Origin: an uncultured Eubacteriales bacterium
Lineage (GTDB): Bacteria > Bacillota > Clostridia > Oscillospirales > CAG-272
NCBI GenBank assembly: GCA_905201895.1
Contig: CAJKPX010000004.1
Location: 13,628 to 77,627, forward strand
Direction: 5' to 3'
DNA: 64,000 nt
The notes beneath the pieces are model-generated. The model saw only the letters and a program-made list of their open reading frames with translations, searched no databases and had not been told where the DNA came from. A program made the translations under genes and the position numbers. Positions 10,374 through 18,944 of this stretch are shown one piece after another (position 1 is the stretch's first letter; every line of letters starts with the position of its first letter).

Positions 10374-11066
10374 TCAGTTCAGAAGCTCAAATTTATAGCC
10401 AACGCCCCAAACGGTTTTGAGGAGCCAACGGTCCGAAACGCCCTCAAGCTTTTCGCGCAGGCGTTTGACGTGCACGTCCACCGTGCGCGAATCGCCGAGA
10501 TAATCAAACCCCCAAACCTTGTCGAGCAGCTGGTCGCGCGTGAACACGCGATTGTAGTTGGATGCAAGGAAATGCAAAAGCTCGAGCTCCTTGGGCGGGA
10601 TATCCACCGATTTGCCGCGCAGCTTGAGCTCATATTTCTGCAGGCTGATCTCGATGTTTTCAAACTTGATCACCTCATCGTCATCCTGACGCACGTGGCT
10701 CTGATAGCGGCGCAGAACCGCTTTTACGCGTGCGGAAAGCACCTTCATATCAAAAGGCTTTACCACAAAATCATCGGCTCCCAGCTCCAATCCCAAAACC
10801 GTGTCAAACGCCTCTCCCTTTGCCGTGACCATAATCACGGGCTTGGATGACATCTCGCGAATCTCGCGGCAAACCTGCCAACCATCCTTCTTGGGAAGCA
10901 TGATGTCGAGCAGAACGAGGTCGGGTTCAAACAGCTTGAAATAGTTGAGACCCTCCACGCCGTCGGATGCGATCTTGACGCTGTATCCCTCGTTTTCAAA
11001 ATACATTTTCAGGAGATCGCTGATATTGGAATCATCGTCAACAATGAGAATTTTCGTATCGGACAT
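10374..11066 (-). CDS. OmpR/PhoB-family response regulator
   Basis: KILIVDDD receiver domain plus winged-helix C-terminus (...VWGVGYKFE). AAGGAGG RBS. The RR-HK-HtrA operon order resembles CssRS-HtrA. Confidence 0.9.
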   Translation of the reverse strand: MSDTKILIVDDDSNISDLLKMYFENEGYSVKIASDGVEGLNYFKLFEPDLVLLDIMLPKKDGWQVCREIREMSSKPVIMVTAKGEAFDTVLGLELGADDFVVKPFDMKVLSARVKAVLRRYQSHVRQDDDEVIKFENIEISLQKYELKLRGKSVDIPPKELELLHFLASNYNRVFTRDQLLDKVWGFDYLGDSRTVDVHVKRLREKLEGVSDRWLLKTVWGVGYKFELLN

Positions 11067-11436
11067 GTTAAAATTCCTCCTTTTTTACAAGAAATGCCAA
11101 AATGTAATATACCCAATTATACCTCGGCAATGGGAGCGTCATGTGACGGATGCCTGAATTTTTCGTCCAGGCATCAAAAAAAGCCCATTTTTGATCCGAG
11201 TGTGATAAAAATGAATGATTTTTCATTTTTATCTTATTCAATTATACCATACTTTGCCGCAAAATGCAAACCTTTTTCAAAGTTTTTTTCTTTTTTTCGC
11301 AAAAAAAAGAAAAGAGCGCCAAAAAGGTCTGAAAAACGGAAGGATACGCGCTTTTCTATCACAGTGCTTCGGTTCTCGCGAAAAGATCGGTCGAGCGTGC
11401 TTTTTCGCAAAAAAAATAATAATTTGAATTAAGGTA

Positions 11437-11465
11437 TTGAAAAAAAGTGTGAGGCGTGATATAAT
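11437..11465 (+). promoter_or_regulatory. Sigma-A-type promoter (extended -10) for ychF
   Basis: TTGAAA, 17 nt, TATAAT with TGn. Implies a leader of about 110 nt. Confidence 0.55.
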
Positions 11466-11582
11466 ATATTGGATTGCATAATTTTTTCATCGTTTTTGAA
11501 ATTTTCGCTGCATTTCAATCGAATGCAACGGATCAATTGAAGCATGGAAAAAGCCTTGAAAGCAAAGGAGACATAAATAGAC

Positions 11583-12677
11583 ATGAAGCTTGGTATCGTA
11601 GGTCTTCCCAATGTTGGAAAAAGCACCCTGTTCAATGCACTCACCAATGCGGGAGCCGAATCTGCAAACTATCCCTTTTGCACCATTGAGCCCAACGTTG
11701 GCGTGGTGACCGTTCCCGACAAGCGTCTGGATTTTCTCGCCGACATGCACCATCCCAACAAGTATACCCCTGCCGTGATCGAATTCGTGGACATTGCGGG
11801 TTTGGTAAAGGGTGCGTCAAAGGGCGAGGGTCTGGGAAATCAATTTTTGGCGAACATCCGTGAGGTCGATGCGATCCTGCACGTGATTCGCTGCTTTGAA
11901 AATGAAAACATCATTCACGTTGACGGTGCGATCGACCCGATGCGCGACCTGGAAACCATCAACCTCGAGCTGATCTTTGCCGACATGGAGGTGCTGGAGC
12001 GTCGCATGGACCGCACGCGCAAGGCAATGAAGGCAGACAAGAAATTCGGCGCCGAGCTCGCCGTGTTTGAAAAGCTGATGGCGGCGCTCACCGAGGGCAA
12101 ATGCGCACGCACGGTGGAACTGACCGAGGACGAGGAGGCATGCCTCTACGATACTCCCCTGCTCACCCGCAAGCCCGTGATCTACGTTGCGAACGTGAGT
12201 GAGGACAACGCGGGCGAGGAGCCGACCGACAATGCCGCTTACGTGGCACTCAAGGCGTATGCCGAAACCGAGCACTCCGAGGTGATCCCGATCTGTTGCC
12301 AGATCGAGGCGGAGATTGCAGAGCTTTCCGCAGAAGAAAAGGCAATGTTCCTCTCGGATCTCGGAATTGAGGAGAGCGGACTCGACCGTTTGATCAAGGC
12401 AAGCTATTCCCTGCTGGGTCTGATCAGCTTTCTTACCGCAGGTCCCGACGAATGCCGAGCATGGACGATTCGCCGCGGCACAAAAGCACCTAAGGCTGCA
12501 GGCAAAATCCACTCGGACATTGAGCGCGGATTTATCCGTGCCGAGGTGCTTGCATTTGACGATCTGAAGAAATACGGCTCGATGAACGCTGCAAAGGAGG
12601 CAGGCGTGCTTCGCAGCGAGGGCAAGGAATATATCATGCAGGACGGCGATATCGTATTCTTCCGATTCAACGTCTGA
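11583..12677 (+). CDS. ychF: Redox-regulated ribosome-binding ATPase YchF
   Basis: [22 protein letters not shown]1 motif, 364 aa, C-terminal TGS-like ...[11 protein letters not shown]. Confidence 0.92.
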   Translation: MKLGIVGLPNVGKSTLFNALTNAGAESANYPFCTIEPNVGVVTVPDKRLDFLADMHHPNKYTPAVIEFVDIAGLVKGASKGEGLGNQFLANIREVDAILHVIRCFENENIIHVDGAIDPMRDLETINLELIFADMEVLERRMDRTRKAMKADKKFGAELAVFEKLMAALTEGKCARTVELTEDEEACLYDTPLLTRKPVIYVANVSEDNAGEEPTDNAAYVALKAYAETEHSEVIPICCQIEAEIAELSAEEKAMFLSDLGIEESGLDRLIKASYSLLGLISFLTAGPDECRAWTIRRGTKAPKAAGKIHSDIERGFIRAEVLAFDDLKKYGSMNAAKEAGVLRSEGKEYIMQDGDIVFFRFNV

Positions 12678-12693
12678 TCAAATCCCAATATAG

Positions 12694-12730
12694 AAAAGGC
12701 AGAGATGCGCACGCATCTCTGCCTTTTTTT
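12694..12730 (+). terminator. Intrinsic terminator after ychF
   Basis: AAAAGGCAGAGATGCG-CAC-GCATCTCTGCCTTTTTTT. Confidence 0.75.
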
Positions 12731-12884
12731 GCGACAATATCTATGCAGAGCAGCCTGTCTCGTCCACTATCCGTGGATTTTGTCGAGAAAGAGTCTGTAC
12801 TTTTTGTAAAATTCTCCGAAAAGTGGGTTTACTTTGCGAAAAAGAAGTGCTATAATTAAGGTAGCAAAAAAGGAGGTATCCCCG

Positions 12885-14093
12885 ATGGACTGTAAAAGCT
12901 TAGGAAATACCATTGCAAGCCTGCGTCACCGAAACAACATCACACAGGCAGCTCTTGCCGAGCGGCTGGGTGTGAGCAACAAGGCGGTGAGCAAATGGGA
13001 GAGCGGACAGGGTTATCCCGATATTTCCCTGCTCCCAACGATTGCGGAGTTTTTCGGCGTTTCGATCGACTATCTGCTGCTGGGTGAGAAAAAAGGCATC
13101 ACGATTGCGGGCAACATGATCATGGACGTTGTGAAAAACATCGAGCAATACCCAACGATCGGCATGCTCGTGAGCATATCCAACGTTTCCCGCGCGGTTG
13201 GCGGATGTGCACCGAACACCTCGATCAACCTCGCCAAGATTGACCGTAGAATTCCGATCAGTGTGATCGGCAAGGTCGGTACAGATGAAAACGGCAGATT
13301 TATCGTCTCGGAGCTGCAGAAAAACGGAATTAACGTCAGCCGCGTGTCCTATTCGTCCACAATGCCCACGAGCTTTTGTGACGTGATGAGCATCCCCTCG
13401 GGTGAGCGCACCTTTTTCCACAAGAGAGGCGCGAATGCGGAGTTTTCTCCCGCTGACATCGACATCGACTCGCTTGACTGCAACATTCTTCATATCGGCT
13501 ATATTCTTCTGCTCGATCAGTTCGACGCCGAGGATAAGCAATACGGCACCGTGATGGCAAGATTTTTGCATGACGTGCAGGAAAAAGGCATCAAAACCTC
13601 GATCGACGTGGTGAGCGACAGCACGGGAGATTTTCCCAAAAAGCTGATCCCTGCGCTTCCCTACTGCAACTATGTGATCGTCAACGAGATCGAATGCTGC
13701 AGCGCGTGGAACCTGGAGGCATACAAGCCCGACGGCACGCTCGACCGCGAAACGGTTGCACTGGCAATGCAGAAGATGATTGATGGCGGCGTGAGCGATC
13801 GCGTGATTGTGCACTGCAAGCAGACCTCGTTTGCGCTCGACAGCAAGGGCAATTTCACCGAGGTTCCCTCTCTGCGTATCCCCAAGGAAATGATCAAGGG
13901 CTCGGTTGGTGCGGGCGATGCGTTTTGCGCGGGATGTCTTTACGGCATCTACAACGATTACTCCGACCGACAGATCCTCGAATTTGCATCCGCCGCGGCG
14001 GCGTGCAATCTCTTTGAAGCCAACTCGGTGGACGGCATGAGACCGAGAAATGAAATATTGAAAATTGCTGAAAAATACGGGAGGTTATCGTAA
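12885..14093 (+). CDS. Fusion protein: N-terminal XRE-family HTH domain plus PfkB/ribokinase-family carbohydrate kinase
   Basis: ATG at 12885 after AAGGAGG. HTH ITQAALAERLGVSNKAVSKWESGQGYPDISLL. Kinase GG motif AVGGCAPN and C-terminal GSVGAGDAFCAG (GAGD catalytic region). Confidence 0.8.
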   Translation: MDCKSLGNTIASLRHRNNITQAALAERLGVSNKAVSKWESGQGYPDISLLPTIAEFFGVSIDYLLLGEKKGITIAGNMIMDVVKNIEQYPTIGMLVSISNVSRAVGGCAPNTSINLAKIDRRIPISVIGKVGTDENGRFIVSELQKNGINVSRVSYSSTMPTSFCDVMSIPSGERTFFHKRGANAEFSPADIDIDSLDCNILHIGYILLLDQFDAEDKQYGTVMARFLHDVQEKGIKTSIDVVSDSTGDFPKKLIPALPYCNYVIVNEIECCSAWNLEAYKPDGTLDRETVALAMQKMIDGGVSDRVIVHCKQTSFALDSKGNFTEVPSLRIPKEMIKGSVGAGDAFCAGCLYGIYNDYSDRQILEFASAAAACNLFEANSVDGMRPRNEILKIAEKYGRLS

Positions 14094-14629
14094 TGAAAAG
14101 ATCAGATTGCGAAGCGCAGACCAAGCTGGCACTCGAATACTACGAGAAGGCAGGCATTGTGCTCAACGAGCAGGAAAAGCAAAGCATTGAGGTCATCGAC
14201 TTCGGACTCGGCAAGGTTGCCGAAATGGGACTTCAGCTCCTGACCTACATCAACACCGAGCGCGTTTGTGCCAAGGAAATGGTGCTCATTCCCTATCAGT
14301 CGTGCCTGGAGCACAAGCATGTTCCCACAAACGGCTGTGCAGGCAAGGAGGAAACCTTCCGCTGCCGCTACGGTAAGGTTTATCTTTACGTGGAGGGCGA
14401 GGGTGAGCGTGACAAAATTCAGGCAAAGCTGCCCGACAGCAAGGTGAGCGTGTTCCACGAGATCGTGCTCAATCCCGGTGAGCAGTACACCATCATGCCC
14501 GAGACCTGGCATTGGTTCCAGGCAGGCCCCGAGGGTGCCGTGATCTCGGAATTCTCGACTCGCAGCACCGACGAGACCGATATTTTCACCGACGAGCGCC
14601 TTGTTCGTCAGCCCACCATCGAAGAATAA
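14093..14629 (+). CDS. Cupin-fold D-lyxose/D-mannose-type aldose-ketose isomerase family protein
   Basis: TAATG stop/start overlap with the kinase. 178 aa. Cupin metal motif LEHKHVP...EETF...WHWFQAG. Resembles YdaE-type lyxose isomerases. Confidence 0.7.
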   Translation: MKRSDCEAQTKLALEYYEKAGIVLNEQEKQSIEVIDFGLGKVAEMGLQLLTYINTERVCAKEMVLIPYQSCLEHKHVPTNGCAGKEETFRCRYGKVYLYVEGEGERDKIQAKLPDSKVSVFHEIVLNPGEQYTIMPETWHWFQAGPEGAVISEFSTRSTDETDIFTDERLVRQPTIEE

Positions 14630-14648
14630 TTGAAAAGAGGATAAAATC

Positions 14649-15479
14649 ATGCTGGTAAATCTCAATGACGTCCTGCTGGACGCGCAAAAAAATCACTACG
14701 GTGTGGGTCTGTTCAACACCACCGACACCGATATGCTTGAGGCTGCGATCTCTGCCGCCGAGGAGCTCCGTTCCCCCATCATCATCGGAACCGCCGAGGT
14801 TCTGCTCCCCTTCGGTGAGCTTCAGCTCATCGCTCCCTCGATCATTGCAGCTGCAAAGCGCGCAACCGTTCCGGTTGTGGTGCACTACGATCACGGACTC
14901 ACCTTTGACCGCTGCATGGAGGCTCTCAAGCTCGGATTTTCGAGCGTGATGTTCGACGGCTCTGCAGGCGACGTGGAGGAAAACCTCCGCGCAACGAGAG
15001 AGATGGTGAAGATCGCGCACTCGATGGGCGCAACCGTTGAGGGCGAGATCGGACACGTTGGTCAGGCAGACACGGGCGACAACGAGACCGACGATCGCTA
15101 CACCACCCCCGAGGAGGCAATCGCATTTGTGAATGCAACCGGCGTAGATGCACTCGCGATCGCGATCGGCACGGCACACGGTGCTTACAAATCCAAGCCG
15201 AAGCTCGACATTGCGCGCCTGCAGCAGATCCGCGCGTCACTCGACACGCCCCTGGTTCTCCACGGCGGATCGGGTCTTTCGGACGATGATTTCCGCAACA
15301 CCATCAAGAACGGCATCGCGAAGGTCAATATCTTCACCGACCTCTGCCTCGCGGGCGAGGACGCAATGAAGAACGGCGGCGTGGAGGGCTACCTCAACAT
15401 CCGCAACAAAAAGGTTGAGTCGATCAAGGCAGCCGTGATGAAGAAAATGATGCTCTTCGGATCGAACGGAAGAGCATAA
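14649..15479 (+). CDS. Class II (Zn) ketose-bisphosphate aldolase family (FBA_II / tagatose-bisphosphate aldolase-like)
   Basis: YGVGLFN, VVVHYDHG, GEIGHVG and LVLHGGSG motifs. 276 aa. Confidence 0.85.
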   Translation: MLVNLNDVLLDAQKNHYGVGLFNTTDTDMLEAAISAAEELRSPIIIGTAEVLLPFGELQLIAPSIIAAAKRATVPVVVHYDHGLTFDRCMEALKLGFSSVMFDGSAGDVEENLRATREMVKIAHSMGATVEGEIGHVGQADTGDNETDDRYTTPEEAIAFVNATGVDALAIAIGTAHGAYKSKPKLDIARLQQIRASLDTPLVLHGGSGLSDDDFRNTIKNGIAKVNIFTDLCLAGEDAMKNGGVEGYLNIRNKKVESIKAAVMKKMMLFGSNGRA

Positions 15480-15490
15480 ATAAACAAAAA

Positions 15491-15534
15491 AACAAGCATC
15501 TCGAACGCAAATGCAATTGAGATGCTTGTTTTTT
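15491..15534. terminator. Bidirectional intrinsic terminator
   Basis: AACAAGCATCTC...GAGATGCTTGTT followed by TTTT, with an A-run upstream. Lies between convergent genes. Confidence 0.7.
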
Positions 15535-15543
15535 ATGTAGAAA

Positions 15544-16329
15544 TCAAAGCTCCGAAATTTTCTTGATTCGGTCGTAGCAGGTGGCGAGAAACTCCTCGTG
15601 CGAGATATCCTGATGACGGCGGTTGGAGACCTCCAGGATCAGGGGACCCGTGAAATTGTATTCATCGAGCTTGCGCATCATGCGCTCATAGTCAAGGTTC
15701 CCTTCAAAGGGCAACAGATGCGAGTCGGGATCACCGATCTTCTCCGCTCCTCTTCCGTGGTTGTCATGGATATGGGTTGCGACCATCTTCTCGCGGAAGA
15801 TGTCCATCCAGGTAACGTATTTGGTGTAGCAGTGCTCGTGTCCGCAGTCATAGCAGAAGCGTACGTACTCCATTTTCTCATAGCGATCTGCCAGATATGC
15901 GAGGTTGCCGACCTTGCGCAGGTTCTCAAAAGCAAGAATGACACGGCGCTCGGTTGCATAAAGCACCAGCTCGTCGAATCGCGCAAGACCCAGATCGGTG
16001 ATCTCGGGCGCGTTCCATCCGCTCGACACGTGCACGATCACGGTGGGAACACCGGTTGCAGCGGCGGTGTCGATCGACTCCTTCATACCGTTCATAACGG
16101 TCAGATAGTCCATGCCCGCAAGCCACATGCTGTTGATGCCGCCAAAGGGTGCGTGGATGAACTCGCAGGTGAGACCAAGCTCATTGCCGCGTGCAACAAG
16201 TGCCGCAACCTTCTCGCAGTCGCTCACACCCGTAAAGTAGCAGTCAAAGCCTGCTTTCTTGATTTTTTCAAGTGCCTCAACCGGGTCGATGCCCAAGCAT
16301 TCACTCAAAATCCCCAGCTTTCTTTTCAT
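15544..16329 (-). CDS. Sugar phosphate isomerase/epimerase (xylose isomerase-like TIM barrel, AP_endonuc_2 family)
   Basis: 261 aa. Motifs ...TVIVHVSSGW..., AFENL, DCGHEH, HIHDN...LLPFEG typical of this family. Confidence 0.75.
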   Translation of the reverse strand: MKRKLGILSECLGIDPVEALEKIKKAGFDCYFTGVSDCEKVAALVARGNELGLTCEFIHAPFGGINSMWLAGMDYLTVMNGMKESIDTAAATGVPTVIVHVSSGWNAPEITDLGLARFDELVLYATERRVILAFENLRKVGNLAYLADRYEKMEYVRFCYDCGHEHCYTKYVTWMDIFREKMVATHIHDNHGRGAEKIGDPDSHLLPFEGNLDYERMMRKLDEYNFTGPLILEVSNRRHQDISHEEFLATCYDRIKKISEL

Positions 16330-16351
16330 AACAGTTCTCCTTTAAGATATT

Positions 16352-16615
16352 TTATCCGTTATTTTGTTCAGCCTCTATAACCTGCTCGCGCAATTTCATC
16401 ATCGAGCAGAGCTCCCCTCTGTCGGGGATATGTCTGCCGCGAAAATCGCTCGCTCTGCACATCCAACAGGAGCAATGAATCTTACCCTTGCTGTATGCGC
16501 CTCGGTGCTCGTAATATTCCCAACCGTAAAGAGCATGACTGATGCGGCTCTTACGGCTGATCACGCGCTCTCTTTGATGGCGGTGATATGCTCTTGTTCG
16601 TGCCATTGCGGTCAC
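16352..16615 (-). CDS. Hypothetical small basic protein with HCSCWMC motif
   Basis: 87-aa ORF, 48 nt downstream of prmA and 22 nt upstream of the TIM-barrel gene on the same strand. Arg/His-rich N-terminus. No family recognised. Confidence 0.45.
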   Translation of the reverse strand: MTAMARTRAYHRHQRERVISRKSRISHALYGWEYYEHRGAYSKGKIHCSCWMCRASDFRGRHIPDRGELCSMMKLREQVIEAEQNNG

Positions 16616-16663
16616 GCTCCTTTCTGTTTACGTAGAATTTTCAGTATTGTAGTTTTTTGCTTC

Positions 16664-17623
16664 TTATGCACGCATCACGGCAAGACCGCACCAGCCGTTG
16701 TCAACCAGCTTTTCCACAATGCGATAGCCGTTTGCCTCAAAGCAGCCGATCACGTCGTCGGCACGCTCGGAAATGATACCCGATGCGAGCAGAACGGTGT
16801 CCTTGTGCATAAAGGGGGCGACGTCGGGCGTCATGCGAATGATGATATCCGCCACGATGTTGGCGCAGATCAGATCATAGGGGCGCGAACGGTCTGCCTG
16901 ACGCAAGAGATCGGAGACCTCGCAGGTAATGTTGGAAAGCCCACTATCCTTGATGTTCTCGTTTGCCACGCGAACCGCCATCGGGTCGATATCGTAGGCG
17001 CGGCATTCGGCAGCACCCAAACGAGAAGCACAGATTGCCAGAATTCCGCTTCCCGTTCCAACGTCGAGCATGCGGCAGCCGGGCTTGGTATATTTTTCAA
17101 GCATGCGAATGACCAATCGGGTGGTCTCATGCGTACCGGTGCCAAATGCCATGCCGGGATCCATGCGCACGATCAACTCGCCCTCTCCTGCCTCGTATTT
17201 CTCCCATGCAGGAACAATCACAAGCTTCGAGCCGATCTTGATCGGCTTATAATATGCCTTCCACGAGTTTGCCCAATCCTCCTCGTTGACACCAACCGTT
17301 TCAATTTTGGCGTCCTCCTCCAGAGCGGTTCCCGCAAATCTCTCGCGCAAAAAAGCGATCGCCTCGGGAACGCTGCGCTCGGCGGGCAGATAAACCGACA
17401 CCGATGCGATGGTTTTATCAGCATTGAGGATACTCTCGTCGATCAGGTCACCGTAGCAGGTTTTCAGATCAATGTCGCTATAATCCTCGATTTGCAGGTT
17501 ATTGGAAATCATGCTCATGATTGCAGTGAGCGCGTCGAGCTGACCCAGCGGAACGGTGACGCGGATCTGCGTCCATTGCGTCTCGGTGCCAAAATCACCG
17601 CACAGATAGTCCTGATCTACCAT
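16664..17623 (-). CDS. prmA: Ribosomal protein L11 methyltransferase
   Basis: SAM motif MLDVGTGSGILAI, 319 aa, follows dnaJ as in Bacillus. AAGGAGAGG RBS. Confidence 0.9.
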   Translation of the reverse strand: MVDQDYLCGDFGTETQWTQIRVTVPLGQLDALTAIMSMISNNLQIEDYSDIDLKTCYGDLIDESILNADKTIASVSVYLPAERSVPEAIAFLRERFAGTALEEDAKIETVGVNEEDWANSWKAYYKPIKIGSKLVIVPAWEKYEAGEGELIVRMDPGMAFGTGTHETTRLVIRMLEKYTKPGCRMLDVGTGSGILAICASRLGAAECRAYDIDPMAVRVANENIKDSGLSNITCEVSDLLRQADRSRPYDLICANIVADIIIRMTPDVAPFMHKDTVLLASGIISERADDVIGCFEANGYRIVEKLVDNGWCGLAVMRA

Positions 17624-17632
17624 AGCCTCTCC

Positions 17633-18790
17633 TTATTTCTGTCCAAAAATTTTCTTAAAGAACTGTTTATGCTTTGCGTAGTTGCTCTCACCGCAGCTAT
17701 CGGCAAAGGCGCGCATTGCATCCTTTTGCTTATCTGTGAGCCCCTTGGGAATTTCAACCGCCACGCGGAAGATCAGATCGCCGCGGCGCCCATTTCCGTT
17801 GACGTAAGGAATGCCCTTACTCTTGAGCGTGAAGCGCGTTCCGGGCTGCGTGCCCTCCGGAATATTGTATTTGAGGTTCCCCTCAAGCGTGGGCACGTCG
17901 ATCTCGGCACCGAGCGTTGCCTCGGCAACCGTGATCGGGACCTCGCAATAGATGTTGTAGCCGTCACGGTCGAAAATGGCGTGATTGCGAACCGAAACCG
18001 AAATAATCAGATCTCCCGCGGGACCGCCGTTTCTACCGTCATTTCCCTGACCGCGCAGAGCAATTCGCTCGCCATTGTCAATTCCTGCGGGGATCGACAC
18101 CGTTAGGCGCTTGGTCTCTCTCGTCTGCCCCGAGCCGCGGCACTTCGAGCAGGGATTTTTGATAATCTTTCCGCTACCGCGGCAGGCATCGCAGGCTGCG
18201 GTGGACTGAAATGCCATCGAGCCCATGCGTTGTGTGCGGCGAACCTGTCCCGAACCGTGGCAAACGCTACAAGTCTCGACACCCGAGCCACCTGCGGCGC
18301 CCGTGCCGCTACAATCGGCGCAGCGACAGACGCGGTTATAAGAAACGTCCTTTTTGACGCCAAACGCCGCCTCCTCAAATGTGATGGTCAGGTTGGCGCC
18401 GATATCGTCGCCGGGGATCGGGCCGTTGCGGCGCTGACGTCCGCCGCCGAATGCACCGCCGAACATACCGCCAAGAATGTCACCCAGGTCGCCAAAATCG
18501 CCAAAGCCGCCACCAAAGCCACCGAAGCCGCCAAAGCCGCCGTCCCCACCGCCCATGGAAGGATCGAACGCCGCATGACCGAATTGGTCATACTTCGCCC
18601 TTTTATCGGGATCGGAGAGAATCTCATATGCCTCGTTTGCCTCTTTGAATTTCTCCTCGGCAACCTTATCGCCGGGGTTTGTATCGGGATGATATTGCTT
18701 CGCCAGCTTATAGTAAGCCTTTTTGATGGATCCGGCATCGGCGCTCTTGTCAACGCCCAATACCTCGTAATAATCTCTCTTATCTGCCAT
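17633..18790 (-). CDS. dnaJ: Molecular chaperone DnaJ
   Basis: Start [13 protein letters not shown] (J domain, HPD), G/F-rich region and four CxxCxGxG zinc motifs. The track ORF start at 18856 was trimmed. Confidence 0.93.
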   Translation of the reverse strand: MADKRDYYEVLGVDKSADAGSIKKAYYKLAKQYHPDTNPGDKVAEEKFKEANEAYEILSDPDKRAKYDQFGHAAFDPSMGGGDGGFGGFGGFGGGFGDFGDLGDILGGMFGGAFGGGRQRRNGPIPGDDIGANLTITFEEAAFGVKKDVSYNRVCRCADCSGTGAAGGSGVETCSVCHGSGQVRRTQRMGSMAFQSTAACDACRGSGKIIKNPCSKCRGSGQTRETKRLTVSIPAGIDNGERIALRGQGNDGRNGGPAGDLIISVSVRNHAIFDRDGYNIYCEVPITVAEATLGAEIDVPTLEGNLKYNIPEGTQPGTRFTLKSKGIPYVNGNGRRGDLIFRVAVEIPKGLTDKQKDAMRAFADSCGESNYAKHKQFFKKIFGQK

Positions 18791-18944
18791 TTTTTCCTCT
18801 TTTGGAAGCACAGAAGCTGCGACACGTTTGCCGTTTTTCCCTGCCCTTCCTCTCAAAAACTATTGAATCGACTGTGCTCAAAAACACGCTTTAGCCGCTC
18901 CCGCTGCACACGCAACGGGAACGGCTACGGTATGGTTTGTTGGA

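Noticed and set aside
11094-11432. Two overlapping plus-strand ORFs (112 and 70 aa) in the AT-rich spacer upstream of ychF.
   Set aside because: The translations are homopolymer-driven (K/F-rich, from A/T runs). There is no RBS, and the ORFs cross the repeated T5CGCA8 motifs. They are treated as non-coding.
18893-18925. A hairpin between dnaK and dnaJ that might be an internal terminator.
   Set aside because: The stem has a bulge and the U-tract is displaced by about 10 nt. At most it is a partial attenuator of the kind described for Bacillus dnaK operons. It is too weak to annotate as a feature.
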